DNA from: Opitutaceae bacterium
Lineage (GTDB): Bacteria > Verrucomicrobiota > Verrucomicrobiia > Opitutales > Coraliomargaritaceae
Assembly: GCA_051252375.1 (NCBI GenBank)
Contig: JBPOFY010000009.1
Span: forward strand, 69,028 to 133,027
Direction: 5' to 3'
Length of the DNA: 64,000 nt
Shown here: positions 28,169-39,138 of the stretch, in pieces
Position numbering within the stretch: the stretch's first letter is position 1
Layout of the letters: every line of letters starts with the position of its first letter
Made by a program: the position numbers and the translations under genes
The notes under the pieces: model-generated
Seen by the model: the letters and a program-made list of their open reading frames with translations, nothing else
The model's database searches: none
What the model was told of the DNA's origin: nothing

Positions 28169-30364
28169 ATGTCATTACCTCATGTTCTCCGATCTGTCGT
28201 CATCGCGACTGCCTCAGTTGCGTTTGCGATGAGTGCAAGTGCCGAGACGTTGTCGCCCTTGAAGGACGGCGCATCGCCACAAACGGTCGATGAAGCCTGG
28301 GGTGATTTCGATCCTCGCGCGGAACCGCTCGATGTTGAAATTCATAAAGAATGGGTCGAGGAGGGCACGGTTCTACGTGCTGTGCGTTATCGGATCGGTG
28401 TATTTAAAGGGCAGAAAGCTTGGATGGGAGGGATCTATGCGTTCCCCGAGGGCGGTAAAGATTTGCCCGCTCTAGTGCAAATCCATGGGGGTGGCGGCAT
28501 GGCCAGTAAGTCTGCATGTATAGACAATGCCAAACGTGGCTACGCAACCTTATCGGTGAGTTGGCGTGCGGATGATCGCTATTTGGAGCGCGAAGATCTG
28601 CCGGCGGCTGCACAGACCGACTGGGGCGCTGTCGAGGGGCGGCAGGTTGCTGAGTCACGCGGCATTGAGCCCAACAACGAAAAACGTTTCGATCCGGTGC
28701 CTTCGGCACGCAACAGTGGTTATTTCTTGCGGACCTTGGCGATGCGTCGCGGTCTCACTTTCCTAGAACAACAGCCTGAAGTTAATGGCGATAAGTTGGG
28801 GCTGGATGGACATTCGATGGGTGGCGTGATTACGATCCAGACTGCCGCGATGGATTGTCGTATTAAAGCGGCGGCACCATCTTGTGCGCCGCCATTGCTA
28901 CATGACGGTAGTTTGCAAGCAAGGACTGCAAACCCAGCTGCCTATGCAGGAAAGATCAATGTTCCAATACTCATGATGGCTCCATCCAATGACTTTCATG
29001 GTATGGTGGAAGATGTGCAATGGGTGGTCGATCAAGTCCCGAGTTCGCATATACGTATCGCGCGTTCGGTGCATTTGAATCATAAGCATGATAGCGAGAC
29101 ACTCGCTTCCAAGGAACTGTGGTTCGATTCACTTCTTAAGGGTAACTTTAACTACCCCGAACAGCCAAAGATCCGAGTCGATTTAAAAGGGCAGGGCGGC
29201 AATCCGCTGGTTCAGGTAGACGCAGACGATTCACACGAGATTGCATTTGTTGACATCTATTACACACGCGATGCAAAGCTGAACGATAATGCGACCAATC
29301 GCACACGCTTGTGGCATTATGTGAAGCCGGCACAGCGCGGCAGTCGATTCGCTGTATTCCTAGACTTGTTTGATTTGGAAGAACCGCTCTGGGTATTTGC
29401 CAATGTGCACTATGCTTTAAAGGATGGCGGTAAAGAGCACGCGCTAAATCAGAGTGCGGATACCTTCATCGTGACGACACAGTTGGCAATGTTCACCTCG
29501 GAGCAACTTCAGAGCGCCAAGGTCAAAACGGATTCGGCAACCAGCTCTTTGATTGAGTCCTTCAGTGAAGGCTGGGAGAAAGAGTGGGTTTACAATCGTA
29601 GCTCGATTGAAACCTGGAAGCTTAACGATCCGCGTCTACCGATGCCTGAGTATGGAAAACTGGTGATCGAACTTACGAGTGAGTCCAAGACGAACCTGAG
29701 CGTAAAAGTTGGTAAGACTCACTCAGAAAATTTCCCGCTTCAAGGCGGTGGAGTGAAGGAAACGATCGAGGTTTATCCATTCGACTTGGTGGACAAAAAC
29801 ACAGGCGCAAAGATGCTTAGTTGGCAGGACCTGACTCGTCCGAACCTGTCGCTCGGCTCCAACCGTGGGGTGCCAGATTTTCAGAAGGTTTATTGGCAGC
29901 CTATCAGTGAGGCTGAGTTTATGTCCAAGCGACCATTTCAACTCGGCGATGTTGCGAAGGCGGACGGTAAGGTCATGCTGACCTTTGAACTGGCTGATAA
30001 TGTGGATGGTAGATTCGACCCTGACGGCAAGTCCGTGCAGGTTGACGATTCGATTGCTGGTATCGACGTGAAAAACGGTCTGCAGGTGCATTCGCAGGGC
30101 GTCAGTGAAGTGAGCTATTTCTTGAACGGTGCCTTCACGACTTTCTCAGCAACACTGATTCCTTGCTATCAGGCCTCGGCGGTATTTGAGGTCTATGCCG
30201 ACGGCAAGAAGGTGTTTGAGTCCGATATTTTTCGCGGAAAAACCCCACCTCAAGATATTGAAGTGGATGTTGCCGGAGCGCAGATGCTAAAGTTAGTCAT
30301 CTCCGAAGGCGGCAATAGCTGGAGTGGCGACTGGGTCATGTGGGGCAAAGCCGCACTCAAATAA
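28169..30364 (+). CDS. Alpha/beta-hydrolase (carbohydrate esterase-like) with C-terminal NPCBM domain
   Basis: LVQIHGGG and nucleophile elbow GHSMGG; C-terminal GLQVHS...VFEVYADGK...IEVDVAGAQMLKL...DWVMWG. Alternative start 28151. Confidence 0.82.
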   Translation: MSLPHVLRSVVIATASVAFAMSASAETLSPLKDGASPQTVDEAWGDFDPRAEPLDVEIHKEWVEEGTVLRAVRYRIGVFKGQKAWMGGIYAFPEGGKDLPALVQIHGGGGMASKSACIDNAKRGYATLSVSWRADDRYLEREDLPAAAQTDWGAVEGRQVAESRGIEPNNEKRFDPVPSARNSGYFLRTLAMRRGLTFLEQQPEVNGDKLGLDGHSMGGVITIQTAAMDCRIKAAAPSCAPPLLHDGSLQARTANPAAYAGKINVPILMMAPSNDFHGMVEDVQWVVDQVPSSHIRIARSVHLNHKHDSETLASKELWFDSLLKGNFNYPEQPKIRVDLKGQGGNPLVQVDADDSHEIAFVDIYYTRDAKLNDNATNRTRLWHYVKPAQRGSRFAVFLDLFDLEEPLWVFANVHYALKDGGKEHALNQSADTFIVTTQLAMFTSEQLQSAKVKTDSATSSLIESFSEGWEKEWVYNRSSIETWKLNDPRLPMPEYGKLVIELTSESKTNLSVKVGKTHSENFPLQGGGVKETIEVYPFDLVDKNTGAKMLSWQDLTRPNLSLGSNRGVPDFQKVYWQPISEAEFMSKRPFQLGDVAKADGKVMLTFELADNVDGRFDPDGKSVQVDDSIAGIDVKNGLQVHSQGVSEVSYFLNGAFTTFSATLIPCYQASAVFEVYADGKKVFESDIFRGKTPPQDIEVDVAGAQMLKLVISEGGNSWSGDWVMWGKAALK

Positions 30365-30396
30365 ACTTAAGGAAAAATTACATTAATCATTAAATT

Positions 30397-32907
30397 ATGA
30401 CATTACATTCAATCAACCGTTTGGGCGCTATAGTGAGTGCTGCAGCCATCGCCTGCTTACCCGCACTTGCGCAAGCAGATGCTCCTTATCGTCGGGGTCT
30501 GACCTCCATCACTCCGGCAGATGGTTGGCGTGAAGCATTACCTACTGGGAACGGCACGGTCGGCGCGCTCGTCTATGGATCGATCAGTCAGGATCGTGTT
30601 TTGTTTAATCACAACGAGCTCTGGTATAACGGAGTGATCGATGAGCTGCCTGACCTGTCCGGCGAGCTTCCAGTAGTGCGTCAGCTTATGCTCGACGGCA
30701 AATACGTAGAGGCGAACGGTCATTATTCAAAGAAGTTACGCGAGGCTGGCTTCAAGGGACGCAACGGCGTCTATCATCCAGCTTTCGATCTGTTGCTAAG
30801 CTCTGATACGGATCGCATGTTCGAAGATTACTCGCGAACGGTTGATTTTGAAACCGGAGAGGTCGTCGTCAAGTGGCGTGATGGTGAGACCGCCTACAAA
30901 CGTAGTCTCTTTGTTTCGATTCCAGATAAGATGGCATTTATGTCGATTGCTGCTGACAAGCTGGGCGCTGTTGCTGGCTCGGTGACGCTCGACATTCACG
31001 ATTTGAAAGACTCGATTGATCAAGGCGGTAAGCAATTTGACCCCGGCTTTACTTACAAGACTTTTGCTCGCGATGGCTTTATCGAGTTTCGTGCCGACGG
31101 CTCCGGTGGTGGCGAGTTTGGTGGTGTCTTGCGCGCGGTAAGTGTCGATGGTGATCAGGTTTCCGAGATTTCAAAATCATCGGACGGCAAAAGTTTCACT
31201 TTTGAGGGAGCCGATGAAGTCGTGCTACTCGTGGCTTTGTTTGCCAACGAGTCCGCCGATGAAGTGGTGCCTCGCCTCAAGGAAGCATTGGCGGATGTTT
31301 ACCCTCATTACCCGTCGTTGCTACAGCGCCATTCTGTGCTGCACCGTGAGAAGTTTAACTCAGTAGGTGTGACGCTTAACATGGCTGGTAAGAGTGACTC
31401 TTCGAATGAACACCTTCTCTTAGATGCGTATCAAAACAGTGCCTCTCCGGAGTTGCTAGAAAAGCTCTTTGACTATGGTCGCTATCTTTTGATCTGCAGT
31501 AGCACGGCTGGCGGATACCCTGCAGGCTTACAGGGCATTTGGAACGGTGACTACCGTCCGCCCTGGAGTGGATTGTATGGCATCAACGAGAATCTACAGA
31601 TGAGCTACTGGCAGGCACTTCCGGGCAATCTCCCCGAGTCGATGATGGCTTTCTACGATTATTTTGACGCGCACATGGATGACTTTCGCTATAATGCGAA
31701 GCAGCTATGGGGCACCGATGGTATTTACATCCCGCCATTCATGTCGCCTGAATCCGCAGTCATGCGTCAGACCGCGCCGCACGTGATCAACTGGACGGAT
31801 GCCGCAGGTTGGTTGGCTTCGTTTTATTACGACTACTATCTCTTTACCGGCGATGAGGTCTTCCTTAAGGAGCGTGCAGTTCCTTTCATGAAAGAGGTCG
31901 CGCTCTTCTACGAAGATTTTATTGTTAAAGATGCGAACGGAAAGAACATGTTCTTCCCGTCGCAGTCGCCAGAAAATCAGCCGGCGGATAAAGAAATCTT
32001 GGACGCTAAAACTGGTCGTGTGACCAAGGTCAAAGTGCAGATCAACTCGACCATCGCGGTCGCGATCTCCAAGGAAGTGCTGACGCACCTAGTCCAATCC
32101 TGTGAACTGCTCGGTATCGAAGAAGAGGGTGTGGTTCGTTGGAAAGCTTTGCTCGCCGCTATGCCGGAATATGAAGTCAACGAGGACGGTGCTCTGAAGG
32201 AATGGATGCACCCTGACTTTAAGGACAACTACGAGCATCGCCATCAGTCACATATCTATCCCGTGTTCCCTGGGAACGAGATCACCGAGGAGTCGAATCC
32301 TGAAATTTTCGAAGCCGCTCGCGTGGCGATTGAGAAACGCCTCACTATTGGTCTGAAATCGCAGACTGGTTGGTCGCTTGCACACATGGCAAATGTCTAT
32401 GCTCGTCTCGGAGATGGGGATAAAGCCCTCGAAGCCTTGAACATTCTGACGCGTAGTTGTCTCGGCAAAAATTTCTTCACATATCATAATGACTGGCGTG
32501 CAATGGGCGCCACGATGCCGTTCTTCTGGGGGCGCACTGCACCGTTTCAGATGGATGCGAATTTTGGTATTCCAGCTGCCATCACCGAGATGCTTTGCGG
32601 TTCGACTGCTGACATACTGCGCGTGCTGCCAGCCTTGCCGACTGAATGGGAGACAGGGGAGTTTGAGGATATCTTAACCCGTGTCGGTGTAAAGACCTCT
32701 GCTAGTTGGGACATGTCTAAGAATGAAGTCACGCTTCGACTCGTGGCTGAAAGAGACAGCGAGTTCCAACTCAAGTTACCTAAGGAAATTCAATATCTAA
32801 TCAGCGATTATTCGGATGCCTTTACCGAATCCAAATATGGTAACCGTTATCGCACAGCCGTCTTGCGTAAAGGCGATGATATTGTGGTCAATTTAGTTCT
32901 AAAATAA
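30397..32907 (+). CDS. Alpha-L-fucosidase, GH95
   Basis: WREALPTGNG, FDYGRYLLI, LQGIWN, NENLQMSYW, SPEN, HRHQSH, TGWS and FQMDANFG motifs. Confidence 0.93.
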   Translation: MTLHSINRLGAIVSAAAIACLPALAQADAPYRRGLTSITPADGWREALPTGNGTVGALVYGSISQDRVLFNHNELWYNGVIDELPDLSGELPVVRQLMLDGKYVEANGHYSKKLREAGFKGRNGVYHPAFDLLLSSDTDRMFEDYSRTVDFETGEVVVKWRDGETAYKRSLFVSIPDKMAFMSIAADKLGAVAGSVTLDIHDLKDSIDQGGKQFDPGFTYKTFARDGFIEFRADGSGGGEFGGVLRAVSVDGDQVSEISKSSDGKSFTFEGADEVVLLVALFANESADEVVPRLKEALADVYPHYPSLLQRHSVLHREKFNSVGVTLNMAGKSDSSNEHLLLDAYQNSASPELLEKLFDYGRYLLICSSTAGGYPAGLQGIWNGDYRPPWSGLYGINENLQMSYWQALPGNLPESMMAFYDYFDAHMDDFRYNAKQLWGTDGIYIPPFMSPESAVMRQTAPHVINWTDAAGWLASFYYDYYLFTGDEVFLKERAVPFMKEVALFYEDFIVKDANGKNMFFPSQSPENQPADKEILDAKTGRVTKVKVQINSTIAVAISKEVLTHLVQSCELLGIEEEGVVRWKALLAAMPEYEVNEDGALKEWMHPDFKDNYEHRHQSHIYPVFPGNEITEESNPEIFEAARVAIEKRLTIGLKSQTGWSLAHMANVYARLGDGDKALEALNILTRSCLGKNFFTYHNDWRAMGATMPFFWGRTAPFQMDANFGIPAAITEMLCGSTADILRVLPALPTEWETGEFEDILTRVGVKTSASWDMSKNEVTLRLVAERDSEFQLKLPKEIQYLISDYSDAFTESKYGNRYRTAVLRKGDDIVVNLVLK

Positions 32908-32911
32908 TACG

Positions 32912-34297
32912 ATGAAAAATACCTTTAAACTATCTGCCGCACTCTTATCTGCGTTTGCAATGTTCTTCCTCACGGCTTGCCAAACGACTAAACCAGTGAG
33001 CACTGATGTTACCGATTTCGGCGCAGTAGGTGATGGCGTGACGCTCAACACCAAAGCGCTGCAAAGCGCGATCGATGCCTGCCCCAAGGGCGGGGTGGTC
33101 TATGTTCCGCCAGGGCAATACGTGACAGGCACACTCTGGCTGAAAAGTAATATGGAGTTACGCATCGCCGAAGGTGCAGAGCTACTCGGCAGCACCAATA
33201 TCGACGATTACTCGCGTGACAATCAGGGCGCAATCGAAGCACCTGCGTTTGACGAGTGCCTGATCTATGCTGAGAATGCAAAGAATGTAAGCATCACCGG
33301 TGGTGGCGTGATCGATGGGCGCGGGACTAAAGAGAACTTTCCTATCGGCGAGCGAGTGGCTTATAACGACCGACCGATGTTGATTCGTTTTGTTGATTGT
33401 GACGGGGTGACTTTTGAAAACGTCACCTTCAAGAATGCCGCGTCTTGGTGCACGCACTTGGTCGACTGCGACAATGTAGTGGTGCGCAAGGTGACGATCG
33501 ATAGTCAGGTGAATCGTAACAACGACGGCTTCGACATCGATGGCTGCAAGAATGTCTTGATCGAAGACTGCGACATCCGCACGGGCGATGATAGTATTTG
33601 CCCGAAAAGCACGACGGAGCGGCTTTGTGAAAATATTGTGGTTCGTAATTGTCGTGTCACTAGCCACACCTCGGCTTTCAAATGTGGCACCTCATCGCGT
33701 GGTGGATTTAAGAACATCCATGTCTATGACAGCGAATTCTACAATGTCGGCATGGGAGCGATTAAATTGCAGATTGTCGATGGCGGCATGATGGAAGATA
33801 TCACAATTGAGAACATCAAGATCACTGGAAGTGAAGGTCCGCTTTTTGTGCGCCTAGGTAGCCGCGGACGTGAATACGACAAGCCCACGGAGCAGATCCA
33901 GGGCAAAGATGCGAAACCCGAAGGCGTGCCAACCGGCTCGATAAAGGGCATTACGATTCGTAACATCGATGCGGAGATTGTTACCGAAGACCGAGCTCGT
34001 TCGGGGATCATGATCACTGGAGTTCCGGGGCATTACATCGAGGATGTCTTGCTCGAGGATATCACTATTTCCTATCCTGGTGGCGGCACTGCGGAAGAGG
34101 CTAAGAAAGTCGTGGATGAGGATATCGCTCGTTACCCCGAGCAATTCTTCTTCGGCGTGCTTCCTTCATGGGGTGCTTACGTCCGACACGCAAAAAATGT
34201 AGAGTTTAAGAATGTCAATATGACCACCCGCGCTCCCGATGCGCGCGATGAAATCGTATTGGTCGATGTTGAGAATTTTACCAATGATGACGCTTAA
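32912..34297 (+). CDS. GH28-family beta-helix glycoside hydrolase, lipoprotein
   Basis: Lipobox LTAC; DFGAVGDG, LKSNMEL, NNDGFDI and GDDSI motifs. Confidence 0.88.
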   Translation: MKNTFKLSAALLSAFAMFFLTACQTTKPVSTDVTDFGAVGDGVTLNTKALQSAIDACPKGGVVYVPPGQYVTGTLWLKSNMELRIAEGAELLGSTNIDDYSRDNQGAIEAPAFDECLIYAENAKNVSITGGGVIDGRGTKENFPIGERVAYNDRPMLIRFVDCDGVTFENVTFKNAASWCTHLVDCDNVVVRKVTIDSQVNRNNDGFDIDGCKNVLIEDCDIRTGDDSICPKSTTERLCENIVVRNCRVTSHTSAFKCGTSSRGGFKNIHVYDSEFYNVGMGAIKLQIVDGGMMEDITIENIKITGSEGPLFVRLGSRGREYDKPTEQIQGKDAKPEGVPTGSIKGITIRNIDAEIVTEDRARSGIMITGVPGHYIEDVLLEDITISYPGGGTAEEAKKVVDEDIARYPEQFFFGVLPSWGAYVRHAKNVEFKNVNMTTRAPDARDEIVLVDVENFTNDDA

Positions 34298-34497
34298 TCG
34301 GATGCCTACTCAAATCGCTGCGATGACTTAAAAATGTATCATCGCTTCAGTGAACGGCGTTCGTCTACACATTACTGACAGGGGAAATTGTTCACTTCGG
34401 TATACTCGGATTTACTTGCCGATGTATGACTGTGCCTGGCTCGCTGGGCGCGTATTGAGCTAGTGGTGCAGTCGACTCACTATTGTATGAAGAAAAT

Positions 34498-34525
34498 TGT
34501 GTCAGAGTGCTTTCTAGGTGACAAT
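34498..34525 (+). promoter_or_regulatory. Candidate autoregulatory ECF promoter TGTGTCA-N16-ACAAT
   Basis: The same bipartite motif recurs at 36687 and 40042. Confidence 0.6.
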
Positions 34526-34551
34526 GTCCGTGTAAGAGTGACTAAACACAA

Positions 34552-35112
34552 ATGATCGACGACGATACAGAGCTACTGCATGAGGCCAAAAAGGGAGACC
34601 TAGATGCGTTTACCAAATTGGTGGAACGTTATCAGGGCAGTGTGCGTGCTTCGCTTGCAGTTCGCTTATATAATAAGCACGAGGCTGAAGACCTTGCTCA
34701 GGAGGCATTTATCATCGCTTTCCGTAAATTGAAGGAGTTCGACGTCGAGAAGTCTTTCGGTCCATGGATCCGAGCGATTGCCTTTAACTTGCTACGCAAT
34801 TATTGGCGTAAGCATAAAGCAACTTTGGTTGGTGGTGCCGCTGAATTGGATATACTCGTGAGCGATCACATCGCGTTGAGGTATTCGGTCGAGAACGAGA
34901 GCGATCGTTTGGATGCATTGAAGCACTGCATAGGGAAACTCGATGAGCCGATGCGTCAGTTACTGAAACTACGCTATTATGAGGAAAAAGCCATTGGTGA
35001 ATTGACCAAAGAAATGAAGCTGCGGCACTCGACGATCACAATGCGCTTACATCGTATTCGGGAGCAACTGCATCAGTGCATCGAACAGAAGGTTGGGGTG
35101 CCTCAAGTATGA
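34552..35112 (+). CDS. ECF RNA polymerase sigma factor
   Basis: GDLDAFTKLVERYQ, AEDLAQEAF, FGPWIRAIAFN and ITMRLHRIREQL motifs. Confidence 0.93.
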   Translation: MIDDDTELLHEAKKGDLDAFTKLVERYQGSVRASLAVRLYNKHEAEDLAQEAFIIAFRKLKEFDVEKSFGPWIRAIAFNLLRNYWRKHKATLVGGAAELDILVSDHIALRYSVENESDRLDALKHCIGKLDEPMRQLLKLRYYEEKAIGELTKEMKLRHSTITMRLHRIREQLHQCIEQKVGVPQV

Positions 35113-36668
35113 ATAAGGAATCTCAACAACTGATCGCGGACTATATGGCGGGCAAGGCTGTAGAAGACGAGCTATTGGCGGCCTGTCGTGAAGACCCCAA
35201 GGTGCTGCAGGCTCTGGCGGAACTTTCTGCGGTTGATCATTTGCTTCAGCTTGAGGCCGGTGACTCAGGGGCGGACGTCTTCGCCGCTGAAGTGAGAGCA
35301 CGGTTGGAGGCAGAAGCGGATGCGTCCTTTAGTCATGAGGTTCGGGCACGCATAGAGGGAAGGAAACGCAATCGATGGATCGCATACGTTGCGTATGCTG
35401 CCGCGGCTTGTGTCGCACTCTCTATTGTTTTGCTTTATCAAATGCGCGCGGGGCCATATCTTGCTGAGCTGACTGCAACTCGAGATGCGAATTGGGGTAA
35501 TGCTGAGCTAGAGTATGGCGAGTCCTTGAAAAAAGGTCGGGTATTACTGACGCACGGCTATTCCGAAATTACCATGAATAATGGGGTGACCCTGGTATTG
35601 GAAGCGCCTGTCGAGATTCAGATCGAGTCGCAGGACCTGATCCGGCTCGTGCATGGAAAACTGGTGGCGAAGGTGCCCGAAGTAGCCATCGGCTTTACCG
35701 TGCTCACTCCAACTTCAGAGGTTGTCGATTTGGGCACTGAATTTGCAATGTCGGTTGATGTGGGTGGCGCTTCGGAAGTGCATGTGCTCGACGGCGAAGT
35801 GAAGGCACGCTCGCTGAAAGGTAAAAAGTTCACTCACTTGCTGAAAGATGAAGGCATGGCATTTGAAGATCAGTATCTGGAAGCCCGAATACGCAGCCAG
35901 CCGGAGAATTATCTGCGCGCTTTACCCGGACGTTCTTCCGAAAATCCTGATTACTTGCATTGGTCTTTCGATGGCGGGGGTGAGGAACTGATCAGTGCGG
36001 GCAAGGGGATGAATGGGCAATTTGCCAAAGGGTGGCTTAAGTCGCTCAATACTGGGGAGGGACCCGTTTATCAAAATGGTCAGTATGGGCAGGCGCTCTA
36101 TTTTAACGGTCAGGATGCCTACGTCGAAACAGACTTTTCAGGAATCGGCGGGAGTGCTCCCAGGACGGTTGCGTTTTGGGTCAAAGTTCCGGAAGATTTT
36201 AATATACACAATGGTTATGGTATACTCGGATGGGGGCACATGAGCAAAGGTGCCGCATGGCAAATCTCACCAAATCCAGCTGCCGAAGATGGGCCGCTAG
36301 GGCGCATACGTGTTGGAACTTACGAAGCCCCTGTGATCGGCACGACCGACCTGAGGGACAATCGCTGGCACCATATTGCAGTAGTGATGTATGGCGGTGA
36401 ATCAGTCAATGCAGCCACCCACATTTTACTGTATGTTGATGGTCAGCTAGAGCCGACTTCCATTAAGTCGATTACGAGCATTGATACAGAGTTGGATCAT
36501 GCTTCTTCGCTCCCCATGATGATAGGTAGAAATCTGGGGTTTCGGAATGATTCTAGTAAAAATCAGAATCGATTTTTCAAAGGCTGGCTGGATGAAATCT
36601 ATGTAGTGGATGCTGCTCTTGATCAGAAACAGATTCAAAATCTGATGCAAACTAACCGCTTTAATTAA
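35109..36668 (+). CDS. FecR-family anti-sigma factor with C-terminal LamG-like domain
   Basis: TM; FecR core GFTVLTPTSEVVDLGTEF..SEVHVLDGEV; LamG RTVAFWVK, WHHIAVV, LYVDG and FKGWLDEI. ATGA overlap with the sigma gene supports the start at 35109. Confidence 0.9.
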   Translation: MNKESQQLIADYMAGKAVEDELLAACREDPKVLQALAELSAVDHLLQLEAGDSGADVFAAEVRARLEAEADASFSHEVRARIEGRKRNRWIAYVAYAAAACVALSIVLLYQMRAGPYLAELTATRDANWGNAELEYGESLKKGRVLLTHGYSEITMNNGVTLVLEAPVEIQIESQDLIRLVHGKLVAKVPEVAIGFTVLTPTSEVVDLGTEFAMSVDVGGASEVHVLDGEVKARSLKGKKFTHLLKDEGMAFEDQYLEARIRSQPENYLRALPGRSSENPDYLHWSFDGGGEELISAGKGMNGQFAKGWLKSLNTGEGPVYQNGQYGQALYFNGQDAYVETDFSGIGGSAPRTVAFWVKVPEDFNIHNGYGILGWGHMSKGAAWQISPNPAAEDGPLGRIRVGTYEAPVIGTTDLRDNRWHHIAVVMYGGESVNAATHILLYVDGQLEPTSIKSITSIDTELDHASSLPMMIGRNLGFRNDSSKNQNRFFKGWLDEIYVVDAALDQKQIQNLMQTNRFN

Positions 36669-36686
36669 GCCGTGGTGTATATTTTC

Positions 36687-36713
36687 TGTGTCATGATGAA
36701 ACCTCAATACAAT
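36687..36713 (+). promoter_or_regulatory. Candidate ECF promoter TGTGTCA-N15-ACAAT
   Basis: Lies directly upstream of the ATG at 36721. Confidence 0.6.
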
Positions 36714-36720
36714 ATAGGTT

Positions 36721-39123
36721 ATGTTAAGAAATCCCCGAATTAATAGCATCCTTGCTGTCTTCTTACTGTTTACTCTAAGCGGCAGCGCTTTTGCCAAAAA
36801 TGAGCCGATAAATATTTCAGGCGTCTATCCGCATCTGACGATGTATAATACAAAGGCTGAGTGTGGCACAGGAGCTTTAGTGCCGTGGGCGGGAAAGCTG
36901 TGGGCGATTACCTATGCACCTCATTGGCCGTTTGGTTCCACTGATAAACTCTATGAAATTACGCCAGATTTAGAGCAAACCATCCGTCCCGAAAGTATCG
37001 GTGGCACACCTGCCAATCGCATGATCCATAATGAGTCGAACCAGCTCTTTATCGGACCTTATGCCATCAGCGGGGAAGGCGACGTGCGTGTCATTCCCAT
37101 AGAAGACATGCCCGGACGACATACTGGAAACGCCCGGCACCTCACAGATCCTGCAGGAAAGATTTACTACGCAACGATGGAGGAGGGACTCTATTCCGTC
37201 GATGTGGACACCTTGGAGGTCGAGGAATTAATTATGGACGGGAATTTGAAGCAGCCCGTAGCAAACGGTGTGATTTCAAAGCTGCCTGGTTATCATGGTA
37301 AAGGTCTATATTCAGGACAGGGGCGTGTGGTCTATTCCAATAACGGGCAAAAGAGCGCTGCGGCGAAGAAAGATCCAACCACTACATCAGGTGCGCTGGC
37401 GCAATGGTTCGGCGAGGGGGATTGGCAACTCGTGCGTCGCAATCAATTTACGGAACTCACGGGGCCTAATGGCATCTATGGTAGTGAAAGTCCGGATACG
37501 GATCCAATCTGGGCAATGGGTTGGGACGCGCGCTCGCTCTTGCTTGGGCTTTTGGAAGGCGGGGAGTGGAGCTACTACCGTTTGCCGAAGGGCAGCCATA
37601 GTTACGACGGTGCGCATGGTTGGAATACCGAGTGGCCGCGCATTCGTGAGATCGGCGAAACCGATTTCCTCGCGACGATGCATGGCACCTTCTGGCGCTT
37701 TCCTGCCACTTTTTCGAAAGCCAATAGTGCCGGCATCGCGCCACGCTCGAACTATCTGAAGGTGATTGGAGACTTTGCCATGTGGAATGATAAGTTGGTG
37801 CTCGGCTGTGATGACTCCGCTAAGTCGGAGTTTCTCAACGTGCGTGACTTTAAGTCGAAGCATGCTTCGCCGGGTCAATCCAACTCGAATCTCTGGTTCA
37901 TCGAGCCCGAGCAGTTGGACGACCTGGGACCGGTCATCGGACGTGGTTCGGTTTGGCTGCGCGACGATGTGGCCGCTAACACCGCAAGTGATCCGTATTT
38001 GTTCTCTGGATACGACTATCGCCAGCTAAGCCTGACGCATTCGACGGCATCACCTGTCACCTTCACGCTAGAAGTGGATAAGGTCGGCAATGGTGAATGG
38101 GCAACACTTCGTGAAATCACCGTCGCAGTCGATGGCACGGAAACGCATATTTTTAACACCGATGAAGTCGGCACATGGATTCGTTTGAGCACGGATAGCG
38201 ACGCAAAGGGCGTAACAGCCCATTTTCAATACCGCAACCGCGACCCGCGCAGTGCGAGAAACAATTCTATCTTCGATGGCATTGCGACTCCGAAGGAAGC
38301 CGCAGCCAATAAGGGTGTGATGCGTAGTCTCGCTTACAACAAGCTCGGTGTCGCACTTAATGACGGCAGCTACTATGAGCTGAATCATGAAATGGAACTC
38401 GCTAAGGTTGATGCGCCGAAAAAGGCCGCCGACTTGATGAAGGCAGTCAAACAACCTGAGGGCTCCTATAGTGCCGATGCCGCGTCCGTTATTCTGGAAG
38501 AGGCTGGTAAACGTTACCGCTTCCCTAAGAGCGATGCCTACTCTGAGGACGGATCCCGTATTTGCCGCGAAGTGGCGACCGAACGTGACTTGCTCAACCT
38601 GCATGGCACGTTCTACGAGTTGCCGGCTAAAAACGCACAAGGCCTCGCCAAGGTGCGTCCGATTGCTACGCATAATTTATCCATTCACGACTTTTGCTCA
38701 CATACTGGCTTGCTTGTATTCACTGGCATCGATGCGGCAACTGAGAGCGAACACATCTTCCGAAGCACCGATGGTAAAGCAGTCATCTGGGCGGGTGTGG
38801 TCGACGATCTCTGGAAGCTTGGTAAACCACGCGGGCAGGGTGGTCCTTGGAAGAATACTGCCGTTAAAGCCGGCGTGCCGTCCGATCCCTACCTGATGAC
38901 GGCTTACGATCAAAAGAGCGTAGAACTCTCCGCTACCAGCGCGTCGAAGATAACCCTCGAAGTCGATATTGACGGCACCGACCTTTGGCTGCCTTACGAG
39001 ACATTCGAAGTCAAAGGAGGGGAGACTCTCTCGCATACATTCCCCGAAGGGTTCTCAGCCTATTGGGTGCGTGCCATTAGCGATCGCGATACTAATGCTT
39101 CGGTTACCTTCATCTACGAATAA
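36721..39123 (+). CDS. Secreted hypothetical protein, 800 aa (possibly beta-propeller carbohydrate-active)
   Basis: Signal peptide (SAFA|K); Trp/Gly/His-rich motifs ECGTGA, YHGKG and HGWNTEWPRIRE; no family I can name. Confidence 0.8.
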   Translation: MLRNPRINSILAVFLLFTLSGSAFAKNEPINISGVYPHLTMYNTKAECGTGALVPWAGKLWAITYAPHWPFGSTDKLYEITPDLEQTIRPESIGGTPANRMIHNESNQLFIGPYAISGEGDVRVIPIEDMPGRHTGNARHLTDPAGKIYYATMEEGLYSVDVDTLEVEELIMDGNLKQPVANGVISKLPGYHGKGLYSGQGRVVYSNNGQKSAAAKKDPTTTSGALAQWFGEGDWQLVRRNQFTELTGPNGIYGSESPDTDPIWAMGWDARSLLLGLLEGGEWSYYRLPKGSHSYDGAHGWNTEWPRIREIGETDFLATMHGTFWRFPATFSKANSAGIAPRSNYLKVIGDFAMWNDKLVLGCDDSAKSEFLNVRDFKSKHASPGQSNSNLWFIEPEQLDDLGPVIGRGSVWLRDDVAANTASDPYLFSGYDYRQLSLTHSTASPVTFTLEVDKVGNGEWATLREITVAVDGTETHIFNTDEVGTWIRLSTDSDAKGVTAHFQYRNRDPRSARNNSIFDGIATPKEAAANKGVMRSLAYNKLGVALNDGSYYELNHEMELAKVDAPKKAADLMKAVKQPEGSYSADAASVILEEAGKRYRFPKSDAYSEDGSRICREVATERDLLNLHGTFYELPAKNAQGLAKVRPIATHNLSIHDFCSHTGLLVFTGIDAATESEHIFRSTDGKAVIWAGVVDDLWKLGKPRGQGGPWKNTAVKAGVPSDPYLMTAYDQKSVELSATSASKITLEVDIDGTDLWLPYETFEVKGGETLSHTFPEGFSAYWVRAISDRDTNASVTFIYE

Positions 39124-39138
39124 GCCGTCTCCTATCTA

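Noticed and set aside
34318..34346. GCGATGA/TCATCGC inverted repeat after GH28 as operator or terminator
   Set aside because: Its orientation and spacing differ from the TCGCG-N6-CGCGA motif, the loop is long and there is no U-tract.
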